Virus record (IMG/VR): IMGVR_UViG_2695420564_000011
From: a virus
Lineage: Duplodnaviria > Heunggongvirae > Uroviricota > Caudoviricetes
Length of the DNA: 7,332 nt
Reading direction: 5' to 3' (one strand)
Program-made: the position numbers and the translations under genes
The notes under the pieces: model-generated
Seen by the model: the letters and a program-made list of their open reading frames with translations, nothing else
Told to the model about the DNA's origin: nothing
Databases searched by the model: none
In this document: positions 1-6,678 of the stretch, piece after piece
Layout of the letters: every line of letters begins with the position of its first letter
Position numbering within the stretch: position 1 is the stretch's first letter

Positions 1-648
1 ATGAAAATCGCCGATCTCGCTGAAGCAATAGGAGTGGATGCGGCGAATATCTCACGCCTGGAAACAGGTAAGCAGAAACAATTCACTGAACAAGCCCTGA
101 GTAATATTGCCAGGAGCTTAGGTGTTGATATTGCAGATCTCTTTACCTCAGACTTCAAAAGTAATACTGTATGTAAAAACAGTGCTTGTGAGGATGTTGC
201 GCAGGTGAAGGATGTATTCCGTATTGAAATGCTGGATGTCAGTGCCAGTGCGGGAAATGGCCTTATCCAGGGCGGTGATGTCATTGATGTGATTCATGCC
301 ATTGAATACAGAACTGATAATGCTGTATCGATGTTTGGCGGACGGCCAGCCAATCACATTAAAGTTATCAACGTTCGTGGGGACAGTATGTGTCCAACCA
401 TTGAGCCAGGAGATCTCATCTTCGTTGATGTCAGTATCAATCAGTTTGATGGAGATGGTATCTATGTATTTGGTTTTGATGATAAAATTTATGTCAAACG
501 ACTGCAAATGATACCTGACAAACTACTGGTGATTTCTGATAACCAGATTTACCGTGAATGGGGAATTACCAGCGAAAATGAACACCGGTTTATGGTCTTT
601 GGAAAGGTCTTAATCAGCCAGTCACAAACCCTTAAGCGACACAATTAA
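1..648 (+). CDS. CI-like prophage repressor (HTH_XRE DNA-binding domain + S24 LexA-type autopeptidase domain); probably 5'-truncated by the window edge
   Basis: HTH recognition segment KIADLAEAIGVDAANISRLETGK sits at the extreme N-terminus with no room for helix 1, so the gene likely starts upstream of the window. C-terminal domain has a candidate Ala-Gly cleavage site (SASAGNG), a GDSM serine motif (VRGDSMCPTIEPGDLIFVD) and a VKRL lysine motif (IYVKRLQM), matching the LexA/lambda CI Ser-Lys dyad. Stop TAA at 646-648. Confidence 0.85.
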   Translation: MKIADLAEAIGVDAANISRLETGKQKQFTEQALSNIARSLGVDIADLFTSDFKSNTVCKNSACEDVAQVKDVFRIEMLDVSASAGNGLIQGGDVIDVIHAIEYRTDNAVSMFGGRPANHIKVINVRGDSMCPTIEPGDLIFVDVSINQFDGDGIYVFGFDDKIYVKRLQMIPDKLLVISDNQIYREWGITSENEHRFMVFGKVLISQSQTLKRHN

Positions 649-668
649 CCCTTACCTCCTCATCAATT

Positions 669-690
669 AGCCACCCGAAGGTGGCTTTTC
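669..690 (+). terminator. Intrinsic terminator downstream of the repressor gene
   Basis: GCCACC (670-675) pairs with GGTGGC (680-685) around a CGAA loop, followed by TTTTC. Lies 22 nt after the repressor stop codon. Confidence 0.6.
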
Positions 691-703
691 ATTACCCATT
701 AAA

Positions 704-742
704 TTGCATATCTCGCAACAAAAACACTTGCATAATGCGCAA
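704..742. promoter_or_regulatory. Two related 15-bp dyad-symmetric operator-like sites (TTGCATATCTCGCAA at 704-718; TTGCATAATGCGCAA at 728-742)
   Basis: Both sites have the form TTGC-N7-GCAA with inverted outer arms. Centres are 24 bp apart, similar to lambdoid operator spacing. They sit between the repressor gene and the downstream operon, and the second overlaps a candidate -35. Confidence 0.5.
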
Positions 743-756
743 CTTCATTTTATCTT
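728..756 (+). promoter_or_regulatory. Candidate sigma70 promoter (pL-like) driving the rightward accessory operon
   Basis: -35 TTGCAT (728-733), 17-bp spacer, -10 TATCTT (751-756). The -35 overlaps operator-like site 2. No experimental support; the -10 matches consensus at 4 of 6 positions. Confidence 0.35.
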
Positions 757-1168
757 TCTTTCCAGACAAACAAACAAGGTACTAACAAAATTTGGTTGTA
801 ACACGGCGTATGGCACATGCGTCGTTAGCGGTCTGGGGACGTTAAAGGGGACAATCCACTCCTTGCTCGGGCAAACAAACCAGGTAGCCGGAATGTGCAA
901 GTCAATGATGATGCTGATAAGACGCCTAACCAGCGTCGCGATTCGGTTTGACGCCTGGGAAGAGACCAGGGTGCAACGATGAGGGCATTTATGGAACCGC
1001 GACAAAGTGTGGTGCCGTAACTGGCTAAGTGCTCTCAGCGTTGTGGTAATCCGCGAAATGGCGCGGCGGTAAGTATGGCGGGGTTATTCCTTCCCCGTTG
1101 AGGACACCGGGTTGTCAGGTTGACCATACGCTTAAGTGACAAGCCCACCACAACAGCCACTGCTTTGG

Positions 1169-1213
1169 CGGTACCAGTTTGTACACTTGCTTCCGGCTGG
1201 TACCGCTCTTTTT
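1169..1213 (+). terminator. Terminator-like hairpin inside the leader (CGGTACCAG ... CTGGTACCG followed by CTCTTTTT)
   Basis: 9-bp perfect stem (1169-1177 / 1197-1205) with a 19-nt loop, followed by a T-rich tract at 1206-1213. The large loop is atypical for a strong intrinsic terminator, so this may be an attenuator or pause site. Confidence 0.4.
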
Positions 1214-1302
1214 ACAAAACAGAGAAGAGCATCACCGGACGACGGGCTCATAACCCAATCCACCCGGGCGGCTGCCACCGCAGGTGCTCTTCTCTGTTTT
1301 GT
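1214..1302. repeat. 18-bp perfect inverted repeat (ACAAAACAGAGAAGAGCA at 1214-1231; reverse complement TGCTCTTCTCTGTTTTGT at 1285-1302) flanking a 53-bp spacer
   Basis: Read directly from the sequence; arms are exact reverse complements. Located about 50 nt upstream of the yfdP-like start codon. Would form a long RNA hairpin or a DNA cruciform/binding site. Confidence 0.9.
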
Positions 1303-1350
1303 GGAGAAACCAACCGACCTTGCAGGGTCGATATGATGAGGAGCAGCAAA

Positions 1351-1713
1351 ATGGCTAGCGAACGCAGTACTGATGTGCAGGCATTTATCGGGGAGCTGGA
1401 CGGCGGCGTATTTGAAACCAAAATCGGCGCTGTTCTCAGTGAAGTCGCTTCAGGTGTGATGAACACGAAAACCAAAGGGAAGGTCTCGCTCAACCTGGAA
1501 ATCGAACCGTTTGATGAGAACCGTGTGAAAATAAAACACAAACTCTCATATGTTCGTCCGACTAACCGCGGGAAAATTTCCGAAGAAGACACCACCGAAA
1601 CGCCGATGTATGTCAATCGCGGTGGTCGCCTGACTATTCTGCAGGAAGACCAAGGACAATTACTGACTCTTGCCGGTGAACCTGACGGAAAACTCCGCGC
1701 AGCAGGTCATTAA
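1351..1713 (+). CDS. yfdP: YfdP-like prophage protein, 120 aa, function unknown
   Basis: ATG at 1351 is preceded by GAGGA (1338-1342) at 8-nt spacing. Upstream in-frame sequence is non-protein-like and overlaps the leader hairpins. Alternative start at 1333 (MMRSSKM...). Length of 120 aa matches my recollection of E. coli CPS-53 YfdP; not verified by search. Confidence 0.7.
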   Translation: MASERSTDVQAFIGELDGGVFETKIGAVLSEVASGVMNTKTKGKVSLNLEIEPFDENRVKIKHKLSYVRPTNRGKISEEDTTETPMYVNRGGRLTILQEDQGQLLTLAGEPDGKLRAAGH

Positions 1714-1778
1714 TATCGTTCTTAATTAACTGATTATTTATCTCATCACTGAATATCCTTATATAGTGAGGACTTATT

Positions 1779-2603
1779 ATGTCTCAGAACTTAGACGCAA
1801 CCGCAATTAATCAAATCCATGCCCTTATTTCTGCTCAGGGTGTTAATGAAATTATTAGTAAGATTGGTGCCGATGCTGTGGCATTGCCTGAGAATTTCCG
1901 CATTCATGATCTGGAAAAATTTAATTTAAATCGCTTCCGTTTCCGTGGTGCGCTTTCCACTGCCAGCATCGATGACTTTACCCGTTATTCTAAAGATCTT
2001 GCAGATGAAGGCACCCGCTGCTTTATCGATGCCGATAATATGCGTGCCGTCAGTGTGCTTAACCTGGGTACTATTGATGAACCAGGTCACGCAGATAACA
2101 CCGCCACTCTCAAACTGAAAAAGACAGCACCGTTCTCTGCTCTGTTGTCTGTTAATGGCGAGCGTAACTCCCAAAAGTCACTGGCAGAATGGATTGAAGA
2201 CTGGGCCGACTACCTTGTGGGCTTTGATGCTAATGGTGACGCCATTCAGGCAACCAAAGCGGCTGCGGCGATCCGTAAAATCACAATTGAAGCGAACCAG
2301 ACCGCTGATTTTGAAGACAATGACTTCAGCGGCAAACGCTCCCTGATGGAGTCTGTCGAAGCGAAGACCAAAGACATTATGCCAGTGGCATTTGAATTTA
2401 AATGCGTTCCGTTTGAAGGCCTGAAAGAACGTCCGTTTAAATTACGCCTCAGCATTATCACTGGCGATCGTCCTGTACTGGTTCTGCGCATTATTCAGCT
2501 GGAAGCGGTGCAGGAAGAAATGGCTAACGAATTTCGTGATCTGCTTGTTGAGAAATTTAAAGACAGCAAAGTAGAAACCTTTATTGGTACTTTCACCGCC
2601 TGA
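1779..2603 (+). CDS. yfdQ: YfdQ-like prophage protein (DUF2303 family), 274 aa
   Basis: ATG at 1779 with TGAGGA RBS 8 nt upstream. N-terminus [12 protein letters not shown] and the 274-aa length match my recollection of CPS-53 YfdQ; not verified. Confidence 0.8.
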   Translation: MSQNLDATAINQIHALISAQGVNEIISKIGADAVALPENFRIHDLEKFNLNRFRFRGALSTASIDDFTRYSKDLADEGTRCFIDADNMRAVSVLNLGTIDEPGHADNTATLKLKKTAPFSALLSVNGERNSQKSLAEWIEDWADYLVGFDANGDAIQATKAAAAIRKITIEANQTADFEDNDFSGKRSLMESVEAKTKDIMPVAFEFKCVPFEGLKERPFKLRLSIITGDRPVLVLRIIQLEAVQEEMANEFRDLLVEKFKDSKVETFIGTFTA

Positions 2604-2615
2604 TTTCATTACTGC

Positions 2616-2637
2616 AAATGCCCCTGCGGGGGCATTT
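2616..2637. other. Hairpin in the yfdQ-yfdR intergenic region (AAATGCCCC-TGCG-GGGGCATTT)
   Basis: 9-bp inverted repeat with a 4-nt loop, 13 nt after the yfdQ stop. Only a short T-run follows, so it is at best a weak terminator or an RNA processing/stability element. Confidence 0.35.
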
Positions 2638-2730
2638 ATGGAAACATAATTTACTCAATAATCGCCGGATGGTGAGGGCTTCCTTTTACCAGAATTCAGC
2701 GCGGTGCAGCGCATATACGTGGAGAACAAA

Positions 2731-3267
2731 ATGTCATTTATTAAAACTTTTTCCGGGAAGCATTTTTATTATGACAAGATAAATAAAGACGACATCGTTA
2801 TTAACGATATCGCGGTTTCCCTTTCAAATATCTGTCGCTTTGCAGGACATCTTTCACACTTCTACAGCGTCGCCCAACATGCGGTGCTTTGCAGCCAGCT
2901 GGTACCGCAGGAATTTGCTTTTGAAGCGTTAATGCATGATGCAACAGAAGCATATTGCCAGGACATCCCCGCACCACTGAAACGCCTTCTTCCTGACTAT
3001 AAACGGATGGAAGAAAAAATAGACGCCGTAATCCGTGAGAAATACGGGTTACCTCCTGTTATGAGCACGCCAGTGAAATATGCCGATCTCATTATGCTGG
3101 CAACCGAACGCCGCGATCTCGGGCTTGATGATGGTTCTTTCTGGCCTGTACTGGAAGGTATCCCGGCGACAGAGATGTTCAAAGTTATTCCACTGTCACC
3201 AGGCCATGCCTACGGGATGTTTATGGAACGTTTTAACGAGTTATCGGGGTTACGCAAATGCGCATGA
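2731..3267 (+). CDS. yfdR: YfdR-like HD-domain phosphohydrolase (5'-deoxynucleotidase family), 178 aa
   Basis: ATG at 2731 with GGAGA RBS (2721-2725) at 5-nt spacing; the track's upstream GTG start at 2704 is less likely. HD signature present (H..H ... LMHDATEAY). MSFIKTFSGKHFYYDKI N-terminus and 178-aa length match my recollection of CPS-53 YfdR. Confidence 0.85.
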   Translation: MSFIKTFSGKHFYYDKINKDDIVINDIAVSLSNICRFAGHLSHFYSVAQHAVLCSQLVPQEFAFEALMHDATEAYCQDIPAPLKRLLPDYKRMEEKIDAVIREKYGLPPVMSTPVKYADLIMLATERRDLGLDDGSFWPVLEGIPATEMFKVIPLSPGHAYGMFMERFNELSGLRKCA

Positions 3268-3845
3268 ATGTTTTCGAAATGGAAGGGTTTCTTCGCGGGA
3301 AATGTGTACCGCGAGATCTGAAAGTGAACGAAACAAACGCTGAGTACCTAGTGCGTAAATTTGCTGAAGCTGAGGCCAAGTGCGCGGCGCTGGCTGAACG
3401 TATCGAAGAGTTACAGACAAAACCTACGCCAGATTCGTTTGGCATCATCGGTGAAAATATTCGAACACAGGATAATCGAATAACGTCAGACCCTATGTTT
3501 TGTGTGTATCAAAAGCGCGAAATTGTTGTTGATGCTGATTATGACTATGACCGGATTGTCTGGGTTGATGAAGATGGCAATGAAGCCAATAAACTCCAAA
3601 GTCGTCGTCTCGAACCACTTCATGAAAACTTTCGGGAACCACCAGAAAAATGGCGGCGCGTTGCTGTGAAAGATATTGATGAATTCGTTACCTGCTGTTT
3701 CACCGAACAGGGTTGTAAAGACTACCTGGCAGCCAATGGTCACAATCTTCGCTTGCCATTTATATATGTAAAAAGCGGTTTCAGGAACGCTGAATATATC
3801 GGCATAAGAACCTGGCTTGCTGGCATTCGCATCAAAGGAGAGTGA
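3258..3845 (+). CDS. YfdS-like prophage protein, 195 aa (longer than the 120-aa K-12 YfdS as I remember it)
   Basis: Start ATG at 3258 overlaps the yfdR 3' end; alternative ATG at 3264 overlaps the yfdR stop as ATGA, suggesting translational coupling. Stop TGA at 3843-3845. N-terminal ~75 aa look coiled-coil-like (AEAEAKCAALAERIEELQ). Confidence 0.65.
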   Translation: MRMNVFEMEGFLRGKCVPRDLKVNETNAEYLVRKFAEAEAKCAALAERIEELQTKPTPDSFGIIGENIRTQDNRITSDPMFCVYQKREIVVDADYDYDRIVWVDEDGNEANKLQSRRLEPLHENFREPPEKWRRVAVKDIDEFVTCCFTEQGCKDYLAANGHNLRLPFIYVKSGFRNAEYIGIRTWLAGIRIKGE

Positions 3846-3846
3846 G

Positions 3847-4038
3847 ATGAACGGACAAATATCAATTGTTCGACCAGGAGCATGTGACGATCGCGAAATA
3901 CGAATGATTATTCGTCTGGCGATGGGGAAAACAATAACTGCTCTCATTACTCCAGAAAATCTCGCATTAGCATTAACAGGAAAGTCAGACCTGCCAGTAG
4001 AGCTAAAGCTGCGAAATGTTGAGATTAAGGTGAAATAG
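3847..4038 (+). CDS. Small prophage protein, 63 aa, unknown function
   Basis: ATG at 3847 sits 2 nt after the preceding stop, with AAGGAGAG RBS at 3835-3842. The track's longer start at 3817 would overlap the previous gene and is less likely. Confidence 0.55.
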   Translation: MNGQISIVRPGACDDREIRMIIRLAMGKTITALITPENLALALTGKSDLPVELKLRNVEIKVK

Positions 4039-4040
4039 CT

Positions 4041-4631
4041 ATGACCACTTTTACCAATAGCAAACTAACAGACGAATACGTTTCAAATGCAACGTTGATT
4101 CGGCTCATTCTGTGGGCTGACCAGCACAATAGCCATTATGTTGTAGCGGCTCTGCGCGAGCTACAGGAGCGCCGCAAGGCTGATAGTGCAGAACCTGTAA
4201 GCCAAACTTACAAGTTGCCAGTTAATACACCTTGCCAAGATGCGCCAGCCCATATCTGGCTGCAAACGGCTGGAGTATGGCCAGAAGATGGCGAGTTAAG
4301 CGAATTAACGTGGTGCAGCCACAATCAACACCATGATGACACGCTATATGTTCGAGCTGACCTTGTGAATGGCAACTATCCGGCAACTCCGGATGGTTGG
4401 ATAAGCTGTAGTGAGCGAATGCCTGAAATGGGAGAGCGACAATGCTATGTGTTAGCAGCTGACTTTAAAAACAACTACCCACCAAACATCCCCAACACTC
4501 AGGTCGGCGTATATGGCGACTGGTTTAATGATGGCAAGCCCACTTGGGATGACGGTGATGGCGAAGACCTGTATCTCAAAGAGGTAACCCACTGGATGCA
4601 GCTACCAGAACCGCCGCAGGAGGTGAAATGA
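4041..4631 (+). CDS. DUF551-family prophage protein, 196 aa
   Basis: C-terminal region (GWISCSERMPEMGERQCYVLAAD ... VTHWMQLPEPP) is characteristic of DUF551 proteins common in lambdoid early-left ea regions. Starts 3 nt after the previous stop. Confidence 0.75.
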   Translation: MTTFTNSKLTDEYVSNATLIRLILWADQHNSHYVVAALRELQERRKADSAEPVSQTYKLPVNTPCQDAPAHIWLQTAGVWPEDGELSELTWCSHNQHHDDTLYVRADLVNGNYPATPDGWISCSERMPEMGERQCYVLAADFKNNYPPNIPNTQVGVYGDWFNDGKPTWDDGDGEDLYLKEVTHWMQLPEPPQEVK

Positions 4632-4714
4632 TGAATTGGCCTGAAGCATTCACCGCAGTTGGAGTTGCAATAGCGGTGGCATTTATTCTGTATTCGCTTT
4701 TCCGCTGGGGATAA
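4628..4714 (+). CDS. 28-aa hydrophobic micropeptide (MMNWPEAFTAVGVAIAVAFILYSLFRWG), probable single-pass membrane peptide
   Basis: ATG at 4628 overlaps the DUF551 stop TGA (4629-4631) as ATGA. Single hydrophobic helix-length core, aromatic/basic C-terminus, stop TAA at 4712-4714. Below the ORF-track size cutoff; hand-translated. Confidence 0.4.
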   Translation: MMNWPEAFTAVGVAIAVAFILYSLFRWG

Positions 4715-4718
4715 AGGA

Positions 4719-4961
4719 ATGTTCGCTCTGATTCAACGTGGTCAGATATACACGGACAGAGCCGGATACCCTGTGGTGATTACTCGCAGTACTCAGCACT
4801 CAGTGTTCTTTCGACGCATGGACGGGCGCTCCGGACGGGTACGCATTGGTGAGTTCAACAACCTGTTCGAACATATTGACCAACAGGAGTACCGCAAAAT
4901 TCTGGCGGGCACTGAGCAGGAAATGCGCCTGAAAAAATTACGCGCAATGCAACGGAGGTGA
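4719..4961 (+). CDS. Small prophage protein, 80 aa, unknown function (possibly DUF4222-like; family assignment uncertain)
   Basis: ATG at 4719 is 5 nt after the micropeptide stop. Basic C-terminus (EQEMRLKKLRAMQRR). Stop TGA at 4959-4961. Confidence 0.65.
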   Translation: MFALIQRGQIYTDRAGYPVVITRSTQHSVFFRRMDGRSGRVRIGEFNNLFEHIDQQEYRKILAGTEQEMRLKKLRAMQRR

Positions 4962-4964
4962 TAC

Positions 4965-5099
4965 ATGCATACGGCTTTTGAGTTCTGGGTTCGCAAGACA
5001 TTCGGCAATCGCTACGACCTGACCCGTGATGTCGACGGCTTCTACTGCCGTGAAGTTGTGAAACGAATGTTTGACGTGTGGTGCCACTGCCGTGGATGA
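4965..5099 (+). CDS. 44-aa Cys-rich small protein (MHTAFEFWVRKTFGNRYDLTRDVDGFYCREVVKRMFDVWCHCRG)
   Basis: ATG at 4965 with GGAGG RBS (4954-4958) at 6-nt spacing, 4 nt after the previous stop. Stop TGA at 5097-5099. Hand-translated; not in the ORF track because of size. Confidence 0.45.
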   Translation: MHTAFEFWVRKTFGNRYDLTRDVDGFYCREVVKRMFDVWCHCRG

Positions 5100-5117
5100 A
5101 AGTTTTATGAGGTTGGC

Positions 5118-5236
5118 ATGCAGACAATCATCTATCAGATAACCCCCAGCAAATGGTGTACGGAGAGAGTCCTTATTGCATCAACAGGGCTAAAGCCCGG
5201 CACCATCGAGCGGGCCAGAAGAAAGTCATGGATGCA
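5118..5236 (+). CDS. N-terminal fragment (39 codons) of an excisionase/AlpA-like DNA-binding protein, truncated at the junction at 5237
   Basis: ATG at 5118 with GAGG RBS (5109-5112). Sequence MQTIIYQITPSKWCTERVLIASTGLKPGTIERARRKSWM resembles the W...T..ARR pattern of phage Xis-like winged-helix proteins. The reading frame then runs into antisense groEL sequence, which is not meaningful. Confidence 0.35.
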
Positions 5237-5237
5237 N

Positions 5238-6399
<1,162 letters not shown>

Positions 6400-6407
6400 N
6401 NGNNNNN

Positions 6408-6437
6408 ATAGCCGGTACCGGAAATGGTAATTTTCAT
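6408..6437 (-). pseudogene. ugd: First 10 codons of ugd (UDP-glucose 6-dehydrogenase; MKITISGTGY), joined through an N-block to the groEL fragment
   Basis: Reverse complement of 6408-6437 is ATGAAAATTACCATTTCCGGTACCGGCTAT, matching the Ugd N-terminus MKITISGTGYVGLSNG as I recall it. Expected position immediately downstream of gnd. Confidence 0.6.
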
Positions 6438-6510
6438 TTCATGCTCTCAGAATTAACTTAGCTGTGAATCATGATGTTTTAGCATCCTGATAGAAGTTAA
6501 AATTTTTAGC

Positions 6511-6538
6511 GCTACGCTGATCCCAGCATCAGCGTAGC
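6511..6538. repeat. 11-bp perfect inverted repeat (GCTACGCTGAT / ATCAGCGTAGC) with 6-nt loop in the gnd-ugd intergenic region
   Basis: Read directly from sequence. No T-run follows on either strand, so it is not a canonical terminator; it could be a regulator binding site or RNA stem in the ugd promoter/leader region. Confidence 0.8.
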
Positions 6539-6624
6539 AACAAAATCAGACTTTACTTATAAGTATAGCTGATATTTATTAAGTTAATATTAAGCAATGA
6601 AATTTAATCTATAGGATTATTGGC

Positions 6625-6655
6625 AAAAAAAACCCGGCAATATATGCCGGGCCTC
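6625..6655 (-). terminator. Intrinsic terminator of gnd
   Basis: On the minus strand: GAGG-CCCGGCA-TATAT-TGCCGGG followed by eight T (plus-strand A-run 6625-6632). Lies about 24 nt downstream of the gnd stop codon. Confidence 0.85.
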
Positions 6656-6678
6656 AATTTATTGCTGATTAAATTAGA

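Larger units (their letters stand above)
757..1350 (+). promoter_or_regulatory. Long untranslated, GC-rich structured leader between the promoter/operator region and the first gene (yfdP-like)
   Basis: No convincing ORF: the track ORFs here lack RBS and have Cys/Arg/Pro-rich non-protein-like composition. Several hairpins are visible: CCGCG/CGCGG at 1051-1066, CGGGG/CCCCG at 1079-1097, a 9-bp stem plus T-run at 1169-1213, and an 18-bp perfect inverted repeat at 1214-1302. Confidence 0.5.

Noticed and set aside
148-511. ORFs 148..507 (-) and 296..511 (+) inside the repressor gene
   Set aside because: Shadow ORFs in alternative frames of a well-supported repressor CDS.
704-1005. Track ORFs 704..982 (+) and 745..1005 (-) in the leader region
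   Set aside because: No RBS, composition not protein-like, and they overlap the operator/promoter and hairpin elements. Treated as non-coding.
1040-1190. tRNA or tmRNA-like gene in the GC-rich leader
   Set aside because: I could not find a cloverleaf with acceptor stem, T-arm GTTC-type motif or 3' CCA by inspection.
1120-1350. TTG-initiated N-terminal extension of the yfdP ORF (197-aa version) and the GTG ORF 1136..1336
   Set aside because: The extension is Cys/Arg/Pro-rich and runs through the terminator-like hairpin and the 18-bp inverted repeat. A proper RBS and ATG exist at 1351, giving the expected 120-aa product.
985-1350. Retron msr-msd ncRNA (the 18-bp inverted repeat resembles a1/a2 repeats)
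   Set aside because: No reverse transcriptase gene follows; the downstream gene is a 120-aa YfdP-like protein. An RNase III-type or regulatory hairpin is more parsimonious.
1248-3947. Minus-strand and out-of-frame ORFs overlapping the yfd genes (1248..1616, 1926..2174, 2155..2346, 2246..2491, 2997..3182, 3080..3343, 3233..3448, 3486..3947)
   Set aside because: All lie antisense or out of frame inside better-supported + strand genes with RBS and start/stop coupling; no independent support.
4793-5127. Minus-strand ORFs 4793..5008 and 4855..5127
   Set aside because: Antisense to the 80-aa and 44-aa + strand genes; Arg/Cys/Ser-rich composition typical of shadow frames.
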